Shown: in pieces, positions 29,401 through 38,316 of the stretch
Position numbering within the stretch: position 1 is the first letter of the stretch
How the letters are laid out: each line of letters begins with the position of its first letter
From: an uncultured bacterium
GTDB taxonomy: Bacteria; CSSED10-310; CAZUFC01
Length of the DNA stretch: 64,000 bases
Direction: 5' to 3'
Assembly (NCBI GenBank): GCA_964619725.1
Contig: CAZUFC010000028.1
Span: forward strand, 8,535-72,534
Notes under the pieces: model-generated
Told to the model about the DNA's origin: nothing
The model's input: the letters and a program-made list of their open reading frames with translations, nothing else
Databases searched by the model: none
Program-made: the position numbers and the translations under genes

Positions 29401-31296
29401 TTCAGCGGCTGCTCCGTCATTGGCCAGGTACATTATGAAATCGATGGTTTCTCCCGGTTCGATGCATCCGTCTCCGTCTCCGTTTGCGGAATCATCGATT
29501 CCCGACCAGATAAGATGAAAATCGGGAGACTCCGGCGCTCCTCCCGTCGCCAGACTGGGATCGCCGAAATATTCGAATTGAAGAACCGTTATGAAATCAA
29601 CGGTGTCCGCGAGACCTTTATCCAGAAGTAAAGAAGAAAGGGCCGACAGAGCTGCATAACCTTGCGTTTTGTGACCCGCTCCAATAGCCTGAAAATATTT
29701 TTCATCCAGGTAACCCATGGCGCCCAAATGCCCGCCCATGCCGTATCCGCCGGCAAAAGCCGTACGTGTGGCGCCGTAATAACCTACCGCTCCTCCATCA
29801 GGATGCAAAATTATCGCCTCGCCGAAACAGCGGTCATAACCGTTCACGGGACATTCAGGATTCTCCGTATCAAAAACGCTGGTCGAACAAGCGTATCCGA
29901 ATGTGACCGGCAACGTCTCATAATTCGTCAATTCATCAACCTGGGATGTCGTGAAACCGCCCTCGAACGACCAGCCGTCAATCCAACCATGATTCGCAAA
30001 ATTCACATATAACGCCCCGTCTTCGAATGCGTCGAAAAGACTCTCGGTCGTTAACTCGGCCGTTCGCTCATACGTCCCGGTTTCATATAACTTTATTAAT
30101 TCATAATCATTCAAATGATGTTCGGCAATAAATTCCTTGGTCGCTTCTCCCTCTGGAATGCCGCTTGTTTCGCCGTGACTTTCGTAAGAAAAAGTATCAG
30201 CTCCGGCAAGCACAATCCGGCTCAACCATGCCTCTTCTCCCGCTAGCGATTGTTCGTAGTGCAATATCTTGCCCGTAGCCGCTTCCAGTTCGCTCAGCGT
30301 GCCGGCAGGGATACGGCCGATAAGCACATCGGGCAGGAAATCGCATTGATCCGCATTGCCGTTTTCATACTCTCCGAAAATATCATCTCCATCAGCATCC
30401 CAATCGCAGAAGTTACCGGCGCCGTCGAACAGATCGGCATAATAGAGATCGCTCGGAATATTTTCCCAATCGTCGCTTCCGCCGTAGTCGCTGTGAAATG
30501 TATAGCGAACCGGTATCCTGTCTACGTCGCCCAGCAATAAAACATAACGGATGTCATTACCATAATAAGATGTTTCGATCGCCTTCTTAATCTTTTCAGC
30601 CTCATCGCGACCCGTTTCGTTCTCTTGAATATATTCCATCGATAAAGTCATCGTATCAATTCCCGCGTTCAACTTATGAGCGACGAATTCGTCAACGCAC
30701 GTCGCACTGAGGAATTCTTCCGGTCCTATGATCAATAAAGCTGCAGAATCCCTGGATTCGGGAAAATCAGGAATTTCCACCGGCAAGAACAAGTCAATCG
30801 ACTCGATATATTTTACGTGCACTCCCTTGACCCGGACGGGATAAATGTGGACCGTAGCAAATACAGTCGGTTCAAACGTTTCACTGTCAATGCCCTGCCT
30901 TACTTCCATTCGAAACCATCGATCGGGATAATAATCGCCGCCGCATAAAATATTGGATACAGGCCCTGTCAGTTTTCCGCCATACACCGGCGGCTTGGGA
31001 GGCAGCACACTCAAAGGCTCCCTCAGTTCCGTTTCCTTAATCAGAAGTTGATCGATTTTCAAATCGCCTACAACCGTCCCTTCAGGAAATTTAAAACTCT
31101 TGATTAAATATGGTAATTCATAACCGCCCGAAGCCGTCAAACGGGAATCGGCGCCCAGTAGAAATACTTTCTCTCCTTCCTGCATTATGCCGGAAGCAGG
31201 AGAAAAATGTATGACGCGTTCCTGAACCTCAGCCGACGCCGGCGCTGAAAGACATAAAAAAAATACCAATATCAACTTTGCCGTATTTTTCCGCAT
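26434..31296 (-). CDS. Secreted C25 (gingipain-family) cysteine peptidase with Ig-like domains, Kelch propeller and shared C-terminal domain
   Basis: Signal peptide; YVLLLGD, SDLYYADL, GRIP, NHG and ACST catalytic dyad, FGDPSL; YDDGEHGD motif; Kelch-type GG...YDP...W repeats. Confidence 0.88.
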   Translation of the reverse strand: MRKNTAKLILVFFLCLSAPASAEVQERVIHFSPASGIMQEGEKVFLLGADSRLTASGGYELPYLIKSFKFPEGTVVGDLKIDQLLIKETELREPLSVLPPKPPVYGGKLTGPVSNILCGGDYYPDRWFRMEVRQGIDSETFEPTVFATVHIYPVRVKGVHVKYIESIDLFLPVEIPDFPESRDSAALLIIGPEEFLSATCVDEFVAHKLNAGIDTMTLSMEYIQENETGRDEAEKIKKAIETSYYGNDIRYVLLLGDVDRIPVRYTFHSDYGGSDDWENIPSDLYYADLFDGAGNFCDWDADGDDIFGEYENGNADQCDFLPDVLIGRIPAGTLSELEAATGKILHYEQSLAGEEAWLSRIVLAGADTFSYESHGETSGIPEGEATKEFIAEHHLNDYELIKLYETGTYERTAELTTESLFDAFEDGALYVNFANHGWIDGWSFEGGFTTSQVDELTNYETLPVTFGYACSTSVFDTENPECPVNGYDRCFGEAIILHPDGGAVGYYGATRTAFAGGYGMGGHLGAMGYLDEKYFQAIGAGHKTQGYAALSALSSLLLDKGLADTVDFITVLQFEYFGDPSLATGGAPESPDFHLIWSGIDDSANGDGDGCIEPGETIDFIMYLANDGAAAEGVEIEMTLVDPEITLLNASAVLNDMGRGTRKAISPLLCIDLSEDCPAGRSLPLDFRVSWTEGETSFSETLFIGEYPYLTAEKIWITGDDNNDNIASPGEEIKFAPAFHNIGCAAATGFTAQIEIDDQWVRNYGVRGNGTVADIHPGETFIPQRLFFAELAPMTPHQHMIECFITLTDEESRLEWQYELQIPVLDYTLPVVENFKVNPAEPEPGQTVFVTATVKDSSGVEIVQCTLRSYEIETPLTFSMYDDGEHGDGNEGDYIFGAEITLSSVPTYYQADMYVADTLGNKGTVPGAGGASTVPFVSNDSILIVPCADNDAYLGLFTQALLDAGYNFDVWSWYRGGMPPEAVLDEYTDGAVVWFYSHTFPMLEEQERDAIDYYLSKGGNLLITEQDLGWAMVDEGTPETQQWYENTLLAEYIKDSVPQKTVCGIPGNPVSVGLEFNIDGGSGAKNQQWPSLIEPIAPAQTCLTYKDYSGPQSGTAAIYAQRNGAKHVYLAFGFEGIASQKDRCDLMADIMNYFGLAPDEDYVGLPWNQSPGWWIGPELPLNSMYADAVFCPYDNRIYRAGGIPEDFAGGSADKSVVYIETSTGLSGDAGVDLLHDRFYHASACLFTPSGPKIFFIGGINFYSQLVNDVEAYDPLTGEISVWDDDPLPVGFQGIPGSWVTAQNKLYIIGEALLTPPYQRGKTWVFDPNAEPGERWTQLDADISPPRFFAATAYLDEKIFLIGGISQIDQDSIRVYDRVDVLDLSDSTPQWNDSAAQDLPKALFFAAGVGIAEGSNVLFENKILVAGGMMMNDDPSAYLYDLQTDSWSPYWPTKLPRMLHSNLLTAPGPRGPAVWMVGGYYELLYGNTAVLQLGPDPEGSWVNIRTFPDTVPDGGRLYIDMDIAGDDAAEPVDCFVAMEVFDEFYFLTADPAFPTFTEEPMSFFSSVPLTKDVVYSGPLLDLDVPPGIPLISGTFYAATVFSDSGELAGGLSWSDFTIGEE

Positions 31297-31520
31297 GGTG
31301 ATTCCTCCTTTACCATCCTTATATTATTGACAGAGAATTCAGAAAGTCAAAGACATGCGATGAATGCCTCCTTCATACTTTATACACAGAAGCGCGCAGA
31401 AATGTTCATTTTAAATTTCTTTCCGGGGTTTGTCGATGCCGGCATGGTCCCGTTTTGGAGTGAATCCACAATCGGTAATATCAGGTCTTAAATGCAACCG
31501 TTTAATGTCTTGAAAAAACC

Positions 31521-31675
31521 GGAACTGATCAAACCGGGGGTACGCTTCTTTCAAAAACTTTTGACATTTTGTTGAGTAATCGGGGTCGGTATCGGTATCG
31601 GGAGCAAAATCGAAATAAAATGATGGAAGGTTCTGTAGAATTGTAACCTCAAAAGCCGATTTTTTGATCAATGCC
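31521..31675 (-). mobile_element. MITE-like dispersed repeat, copy A
   Basis: 13-bp imperfect TIRs (GGCATTGATCAAA / GGAACTGATCAAA); colinear similarity to 57910-58052 and 61569-61723. Confidence 0.75.
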
Positions 31676-31956
31676 GCAAACCTTTTTTCTCTGTATCATA
31701 CGATCGACGTCACTTATCGTTTAAACCCCGAACAGCCGTCTCAAAACAGATGCCGATAGATTATTTGATAGTCTATTTCAATTTCAATCGGTAGAGATTC
31801 CTGCCTCTTTTGCTATAATATTACTGGGAGAAAAGTCGAATACGGGACATTGGTTCTCGGAATCAGTCGATCCTGTCGAATTTCAGGAAACTTATATTTT
31901 TTTGACGCATCTCTGAATGGAGGAGTTTGTTTATTCTTTTTTAAGGAGGACATAGA

Positions 31957-33501
31957 ATGAAACATTTCAAAAAGCAAATAATGCCGAAGTTTTTGACGAT
32001 TATCGCCCTCATTTTTGTAAGCGTTTGGGCTGAAAAAACGATCTGCGCTGAACCGGGAACTCCGAACGATTGGAATATAGAACTGATTTTATTTGCCGAA
32101 GGATTGGACAATCCTGTCGATATCGTTCACGCTTTCGACGGCAGGTTGTTCATTTTGGAAAAAGCGGGTTACATCCGCATAGCACGGCCCGACGGCAGCC
32201 TGGAGTCGACTCCTTTTCTGGATATTTCAGACAGGGTTACATCGACCGCTTCAGAGCAGGGTTTGCTGGGACTGGCGTTTCATCCTGAATATTCGGAAAA
32301 TGGTTACTTTTATGTGAACTATACGGACTTAGAGGGAGATACGGCGGTTTCCCGATTTGAAGTCGATGATAATGATCCCGATCAGGCTGATCCGGGAAGT
32401 GAAACTCTAATCCTGGGCATTTCACAGCCTTTCGATAATCATAACGGCGGGGACCTCGCTTTCGGACCTGACGGATATCTTTACATTTCGACAGGAGACG
32501 GCGGAAGCGGAGGCGATCCGGGAAATCGATCTCAAAACCTGGAGGATTTACTCGGTAAAATCCTGCGAATTGATGTGGACGGGACAGCGCCTTACGGCAT
32601 TCCTCCCGACAATCCTTTTATTGACGATCCGGCAGCCTTGGATGAAATATGGGCGTGGGGATTACGGAATCCCTGGCGCTTTTCTTTTGACAGGGACACC
32701 GATGATTTCTTCATAGCAGACGTCGGTCAGAGCAACTGGGAGGAGATAAATTATCAACCGGCTGACAGCCAGGGCGGAGAAAATTACGGATGGAGATGCT
32801 ATGAAGGCAACCATGAATTCAATACCAACGGTTGCGCTTCCCCCGATGAATACGTTTTTCCCATCTTTGAATACGATCATGGATCGGGATGCTCTGTAAC
32901 CGGCGGTTACGTTTACAGAGGATACCTTTATCCGGAATTAAACGGCGCCTATTTCCTGGCCGATCATTGCAGCGGGGAGTTCTGGGCTTTGGCGCCCGAC
33001 GGCCAGGGCGGCTGGTCGGAAACTTCGCTTGGAATAGTACAATCCGGCATTACCTCTTTCGGTGAAGATCAAAACGGCGAACTGTATATCGCTTCATATT
33101 TTGAAGGCAAAATATATCGAATAAAGCAGGCCGATGCCGACTCCGATCTCAAATTGAATATTAGTCTCAATCAAAGCATGTACGAAAAAGGTGATCGATT
33201 TCTGCTGAATCTGCAATTAATAAATTATGAAGAACCTCTTAACGCTCAATTATACCTCTTCCTGGACCCGGGCACGGGGAATGAATTCTTCTTCTGGCCC
33301 TCCTGGTGCCGGTACCCCGATTGCGTTGACTTTGAAACAGTCAATCTGCCGCAAAACTCCTTCGAATCGAATGATCTCCTGGACTTCACCTGGCCGGCTG
33401 ATGCCGGCAGCGCTCAAGGATTCTTCTTTTACGCCGGACTCGTCGATCCTGAAGCAATGGAATTGATCGTCATGGATTCTGTTGATTTTTCCTACCGATA
33501 A
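31957..33501 (+). CDS. PQQ-dependent sugar (glucose/sorbosone) dehydrogenase family protein with shared C-terminal domain
   Basis: Signal peptide; GLLGLAFHP, HNGGDLAFGPDGYLY, GLRNPWRFSFD. Confidence 0.92.
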   Translation: MKHFKKQIMPKFLTIIALIFVSVWAEKTICAEPGTPNDWNIELILFAEGLDNPVDIVHAFDGRLFILEKAGYIRIARPDGSLESTPFLDISDRVTSTASEQGLLGLAFHPEYSENGYFYVNYTDLEGDTAVSRFEVDDNDPDQADPGSETLILGISQPFDNHNGGDLAFGPDGYLYISTGDGGSGGDPGNRSQNLEDLLGKILRIDVDGTAPYGIPPDNPFIDDPAALDEIWAWGLRNPWRFSFDRDTDDFFIADVGQSNWEEINYQPADSQGGENYGWRCYEGNHEFNTNGCASPDEYVFPIFEYDHGSGCSVTGGYVYRGYLYPELNGAYFLADHCSGEFWALAPDGQGGWSETSLGIVQSGITSFGEDQNGELYIASYFEGKIYRIKQADADSDLKLNISLNQSMYEKGDRFLLNLQLINYEEPLNAQLYLFLDPGTGNEFFFWPSWCRYPDCVDFETVNLPQNSFESNDLLDFTWPADAGSAQGFFFYAGLVDPEAMELIVMDSVDFSYR

Positions 33502-33564
33502 TTTTATTGTTCAGAAGAGCATTTGTATTGCTTCTGAAAACAGGACAGAACCAAAGGATCGATA

Positions 33565-34626
33565 ATGGAAAATTTAAACCAATCCCCGAAAAAAAATGAA
33601 ATCAGCAGCATCTACCTCAAAATTTACGGCATGCCGTGCGTTAATCACTGCAAGCATTGTTACGCTTTCGGCGCTCCAGGAAAACCGGCCATGAAATTCG
33701 AGGATATCCTTTTCATTCTGCAAAAGGCCGCTGAATTGAAAAAAGACTATCCTTTCGTTCTGCCGCAATATTTTGAAGAACCTACCATCCATCCCCAATT
33801 TACGGAAATGTTTGAATACCAGGCCGAAGCAGGAATGGTCTGGCCGGGCTTCTTCTTCCCTACTAACGGCTTCGGATTAGCCCGAATGAATAACGAGCAA
33901 TGGCGCCGCCTTAAAAAAGCAGGACTAACTGACATTCAACTCACATTTTATGGATGGAAGGATAATCATGATGCTTTTGCGGGAAGAAAAGGAGCTTTCC
34001 AGGACCTGCTCGAAACCGCTAAAAAAGCTGACGAGCACGACATCGGCTGGTATGCCGGAATCATCATCCACACCGGTAATGTTGACAAACTAGGCGATAT
34101 AAAGTCCAGAATCAGTGAAATCGGCAGAAACGGCGCCCAGGCGGGTTGCTTTCCTTTTCATTACCAAGGCAGAGGAGCTGTCGACGATTGGAGAATTAGA
34201 GAAGCGGATATAGTAAATACGCCGCTTAAAAAGGAACTATGGAAATCCGAAAGACAATACATTAATGAGATCACCAATGATGATGAAGCCGGAAAAAAAT
34301 TCGCTGTCGAAAGCGCTTGTCAGGGAGCTTCTTTTGACATAAACGTAGACATGGATGTTTTATATGGGGGAGATTGCGATTCCGCTCCGTTTCCCGAACT
34401 TCGGCCTTATCTTAAAATAGGCAGTCTGAAAAACGAATGTCTGGCGTCAATGATAAAAAAGGCAGTAAACGATCCGCCTCTGCCCTTTAAAATCTTACAG
34501 CGAACAAACAGGCGCGAACTGGCCGAACAATACGGCGATGAAGCCAACGACCGGATTTACTGGTTGAACGATCTGATTGTAAATAAATGGGGGCGACTCC
34601 ACCTGAAAAAAACACTGGATATTTAG
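33565..34626 (+). CDS. Radical SAM protein of unknown function
   Basis: CVNHCKHC (CX3CX2C), EEP, TNG, HDAFAGRKGAF. Confidence 0.88.
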   Translation: MENLNQSPKKNEISSIYLKIYGMPCVNHCKHCYAFGAPGKPAMKFEDILFILQKAAELKKDYPFVLPQYFEEPTIHPQFTEMFEYQAEAGMVWPGFFFPTNGFGLARMNNEQWRRLKKAGLTDIQLTFYGWKDNHDAFAGRKGAFQDLLETAKKADEHDIGWYAGIIIHTGNVDKLGDIKSRISEIGRNGAQAGCFPFHYQGRGAVDDWRIREADIVNTPLKKELWKSERQYINEITNDDEAGKKFAVESACQGASFDINVDMDVLYGGDCDSAPFPELRPYLKIGSLKNECLASMIKKAVNDPPLPFKILQRTNRRELAEQYGDEANDRIYWLNDLIVNKWGRLHLKKTLDI

Positions 34627-34691
34627 CCCGAATCAGCGCCTCTCCGCCGACTTACTTATTCTCTGTTTCGGACATTATCCCCTGCATTCCG

Positions 34692-35579
34692 TTACTCAAA
34701 TATATCGTGAGACTCCAGCTTTTCCAGAATTCGGAGATAATAGTTTTTCCAGCTTTTGTTCAATTTAATGGAATAAGGTACGACATCGTTGCTTCTTAAG
34801 AGATCGATTTTATTTTTTATTAACTTGCAATATTTATCTGGAAAAAAGTAGACGATCTTGTTGTTTATGGGCATTTTTTTTTCAAATTTTCTTCTGGCTC
34901 TGTAAGTGAGCAGCCACCAGAGATGAATTTCAACGAAATCCATGGTAAAGCCAATGATATAGATGTTGTCCGTGAAGAAGAAATCGATCCAACTGTCGAA
35001 TTGAATTTTATTTTCCAGGAATCTTTTCATAAGCGGATCAAAAACGATATTTTTGTAAGTTTTTCCCGTTCCGGTAACGACATAGTTTCTCATTTGCTGA
35101 AGGTATCCGGCATAATGTTCGTAACCCAGGGAAATAGAGGCGGGGATGCTGCTTTCGCCGTGAATGTGCCAGATTCTTTTTTGTCCGATGCGGTTATGTC
35201 TGAACAGACTGAAAACGTTTTCCTTTATTTTGCCTTCGTTTCTCAGTCCGCTGAGATTACTGGTAAGAACTTTTTCCAGTGAATAATCGTAGTTTGTGGT
35301 GAGAAATTCATTGCAGTCAAGTTCCAGCAGTTTTTTATGAATTTCATTGTCGGGGATTTCCGAAACTTTTTCAGCAATGAACTTTTTAATTTTTCTTTCT
35401 CTGGCGCCCCTGTAACGGACGGCTTCCAGGAAAATTTCTTCATAAAGCAAGGGGAATGGTTTGTGGTTAATGTCGATTTGTCCGCCGGCGCCGATAAATT
35501 CGATAAGGTCTTCGATGAGGTTCTGCCAGTTGTATTCAGATGAGACGTTGTTTACTCCGTTACCCATAAGTATAATCAT
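34692..35579 (-). CDS. SIR2-like (SIR2_2) domain protein
   Basis: GNGVN, TTNYDY, WHIHG, IIGF..D..E motifs; SD AAGGAG before ATG 35579. Confidence 0.8.
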   Translation of the reverse strand: MIILMGNGVNNVSSEYNWQNLIEDLIEFIGAGGQIDINHKPFPLLYEEIFLEAVRYRGARERKIKKFIAEKVSEIPDNEIHKKLLELDCNEFLTTNYDYSLEKVLTSNLSGLRNEGKIKENVFSLFRHNRIGQKRIWHIHGESSIPASISLGYEHYAGYLQQMRNYVVTGTGKTYKNIVFDPLMKRFLENKIQFDSWIDFFFTDNIYIIGFTMDFVEIHLWWLLTYRARRKFEKKMPINNKIVYFFPDKYCKLIKNKIDLLRSNDVVPYSIKLNKSWKNYYLRILEKLESHDIFE

Positions 35580-35638
35580 TTGGGCTCCTTTTTCATTCAA
35601 CCTGTAATCCGAAAATCCGGCGAGCGGACTGAGGGAAT

Positions 35639-36682
35639 CTAAAGCAACATTATTTCATGAAAATTATCCACGGCGATTTGGATGTCCTCGCTGGTTATTC
35701 CGTGATGCGTGACCGCCCTGAACTGATCCTGTCCCGTCGCCAGGATCAAAACGTCTCTGTCGGCGGCCCTTCTCACGAAATCAGAAGCATCCATTGTGGG
35801 ATGCTTAATATTGAAATAGACGAGATTCGTATGAACCAGATCGAGATCAATTTCAAGTCCCTGAATAGACGATATGCCTTCAGCCAAAAGTTTGGCATTC
35901 TGGTGATCTTCCTCCAGGCGTCCGATCATTTTTTCGACAGCCACCAGGCACGGAGCGGCAATAATGCCGGCTTGCCTCATGCCGCCGCCCAGCATTTTCC
36001 GAGTTCGACGCGCTTCTGAGATGAATTTCTCAGAACCGCATACGATGGAGCCGACAGGCGCTGCAAGACCTTTCGAAAAGCAGATATTAATGGAATCGAA
36101 TCCTGCAGCGAGTTCTTTCACGTCGACATCCAGGGCAACGGCTGCATTGAATATGCGAGCGCCGTCCAGATGTATTTTTAAATTTCTCTGTTTAGCCTCT
36201 TTGACTACAGAGCGCGTATAATCAACGCTCAGAGGCGAACCGAAACAACGGTTATGCGTATTCTCCAGGCAAATGAGCCTGGTTCTGGGATAATGAACGT
36301 CTTCTTTGCGCACGGCTTTTCTGATGTCGTCCAGATCAATGGTTCCGTCAGGCTGATTCTGAACTGTGCGAGGATGGACCCCGCCGTGAGCCGACATGGC
36401 TCCAGCTTCATTTATGAAAATATGAGACACGTCGCCCAGTATCGCCTCTTCCCCGCGCCGGCAATGAGTCAAAACCGATACCTGGTTGCCCATGGTGCCG
36501 CTTACTACCAGCAATGCGGCTTCAGTTCCAATCATTTCCGCTACTCTTTTCTCCAGAAGGTTTACATTCGGGTCCTCGCTGAAAACATCATCTCCGAGTT
36601 TTGCAGTAAACATCGCGCTTCTCATTTCATCCGTAGGCAACGTAACTGTATCGCTTCGAAGGTCAACAACCTTTTTTCTCAT
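35639..36682 (-). CDS. ltaE: Low-specificity L-threonine aldolase
   Basis: DLRSDTVT, SGTMGN, ENTHN, HLDGARIFNA, SKGL.APVGS, GGGMRQAG. Confidence 0.96.
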   Translation of the reverse strand: MRKKVVDLRSDTVTLPTDEMRSAMFTAKLGDDVFSEDPNVNLLEKRVAEMIGTEAALLVVSGTMGNQVSVLTHCRRGEEAILGDVSHIFINEAGAMSAHGGVHPRTVQNQPDGTIDLDDIRKAVRKEDVHYPRTRLICLENTHNRCFGSPLSVDYTRSVVKEAKQRNLKIHLDGARIFNAAVALDVDVKELAAGFDSINICFSKGLAAPVGSIVCGSEKFISEARRTRKMLGGGMRQAGIIAAPCLVAVEKMIGRLEEDHQNAKLLAEGISSIQGLEIDLDLVHTNLVYFNIKHPTMDASDFVRRAADRDVLILATGQDQFRAVTHHGITSEDIQIAVDNFHEIMLL

Positions 36683-36864
36683 TTCTTATTTCTCCTTAAA
36701 ACTTTTTTATCATCGTATGACAATAGAAAAAATAAACACGAATAATGAAAATGCCCATAAAGAGCCCCTCAGTCTCCATTCAACTACAAAAAATTGATTT
36801 TGTAAAACTGATATCAGTGAGTTGTCTTTGGCGCCGATCTTTCCGAAAGGCGAGGATCAGGAAA

Positions 36865-37251
36865 ATGTCGAAGAGTGGAACAAGCGGTGAAATGGGGGGT
36901 TTTATGAAGGAACAGTCTCTTGCATTAAAAAAAGATGATTGGTCCGTCGTCATTACGGGTTGTTCGCATCCAGTCATCCTCAATATCGTCAGAAAAGCCG
37001 AAGAAATTCTTAATGTCGATGAGTTGTCCCTGGTTGCCGGAGGATTCCATCTGCTAAGACATACTGATGAACAGGTCAATTCGATAATTGATGAGTTCAA
37101 AACATTAAATGTTCGACGGTGCGGAGCGACTCATCGTACGGGAGATCATCAAATTGAGATGCTTAGGAACGTCTACAAAGAAAAATTCATCCCTATGGGA
37201 ACAGGCCGAATAATCGAGTTTTCTGCTGCAGGCATAAAAATAAAAAAATGA
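36865..37251 (+). pseudogene. C-terminal remnant of an MBL-fold metallo-hydrolase
   Basis: EQSL..TGCSHP..GGFHL..THRTG matches the family C-terminus (normally GCxHPG, HCTG); the N-terminal HxHxDH half is missing. Confidence 0.7.
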
Positions 37252-37265
37252 TTCGTTTCTCGATT

Positions 37266-38162
37266 TCAATAGTCATACTCGCAAGGCGCGCTTCGATAGC
37301 GTTGAGGCACGGCGTAGCGAGCCGCCTTCCCGTGAAGCTGATTAATCTGGTCCTGTGTCGTCTCTATCATGAAATCGAGATACGGCTTCAAATCCTGTTT
37401 AGACATGCGAAACCTTCTTCGTAATCTTCTCTCTGAGCGTTTCGCCATTTTTTTCCAGAAATCTCTCATCGAATGAAGTCTTTCAAATTTTCTGCACCAC
37501 CATATTCCGGGTTTTCCGCCGTATTCTTTTTTACCCGTTACGAGCGATTCGAATCTGATAATTTTCCTGGCGGGATCAATTTCCATTTTATAATTCATAA
37601 GAAAATCCTGGCCGAGTAACCCGTCGAATTCCCAATCCTGATCTTCTCCAACTATTATCTCCATGTCTTCTTCTACCAATTTTCCTATTCCGATTGACTT
37701 CAATTCGTACCCGGATACAAAAAGAAAACTCGTATATGCGCCGGAAGCCAAATAAGGTCCCTTGAGCCGGCTTTTATAACTCGGATTAATCCTGCTTAAT
37801 GCATCTCCGGTTATCAGGCTGGTTGCAGCGCCGGTATCCAGAATCATATTAACGTGATGATATTCGTTTATGTCCACTCGCACCAGGGGTGATGCTCCGT
37901 GCCATCTGAACCTGACATTCTGAACGACTTTTTGTTTTTTTGCGTAGGGATTCTCTTGATAATCAAGAAGCCCTTCAGGAGGCTGGTATTCTCTGGATTC
38001 GCTTTTTTCAGGTTCTTTTTTCTTTTCGGCATCAGGATCGGGAGCAGGATTCGTATAAACCGGCACGCCGTCTTCGCCGATCTTCACTGAAATATCAGAT
38101 TCCTGCGCAACGGCGCTGCAGCCGAGAATCATGGCCGACATTATGAACAACAATTTTTTCAT
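37266..38162 (-). CDS. Exported retropepsin-like aspartic protease
   Basis: Signal peptide; DGVPVYTN (DUF4124-like); ILDTGA; GLLGQDFL. Confidence 0.88.
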   Translation of the reverse strand: MKKLLFIMSAMILGCSAVAQESDISVKIGEDGVPVYTNPAPDPDAEKKKEPEKSESREYQPPEGLLDYQENPYAKKQKVVQNVRFRWHGASPLVRVDINEYHHVNMILDTGAATSLITGDALSRINPSYKSRLKGPYLASGAYTSFLFVSGYELKSIGIGKLVEEDMEIIVGEDQDWEFDGLLGQDFLMNYKMEIDPARKIIRFESLVTGKKEYGGKPGIWWCRKFERLHSMRDFWKKMAKRSERRLRRRFRMSKQDLKPYLDFMIETTQDQINQLHGKAARYAVPQRYRSAPCEYDY

Positions 38163-38316
38163 TGGTCTGACTCCATACTTTTGAAGAATGACTTATGTCT
38201 TCCATATCATATTGTACAATAATCATTCAGAATAATAAAGCCGTTCTTCAAACATGCGTCACTTGTAGTTTTTCGGGAGCTTTCGGTAACCGGTCGGGCG
38301 CGATTTCCAAATCGGA

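Noticed and set aside
31411-31671. 86-aa ORF containing DTDTDPD (and antisense ORF 57769-58005)
   Set aside because: Translations of the MITE-like repeat; the frame is not evidently maintained across copies.
33565-34626. PqqE/PQQ biosynthesis next to the PQQ dehydrogenase
   Set aside because: No Cys-rich SPASM domain and no pqqA/B/C/D nearby.
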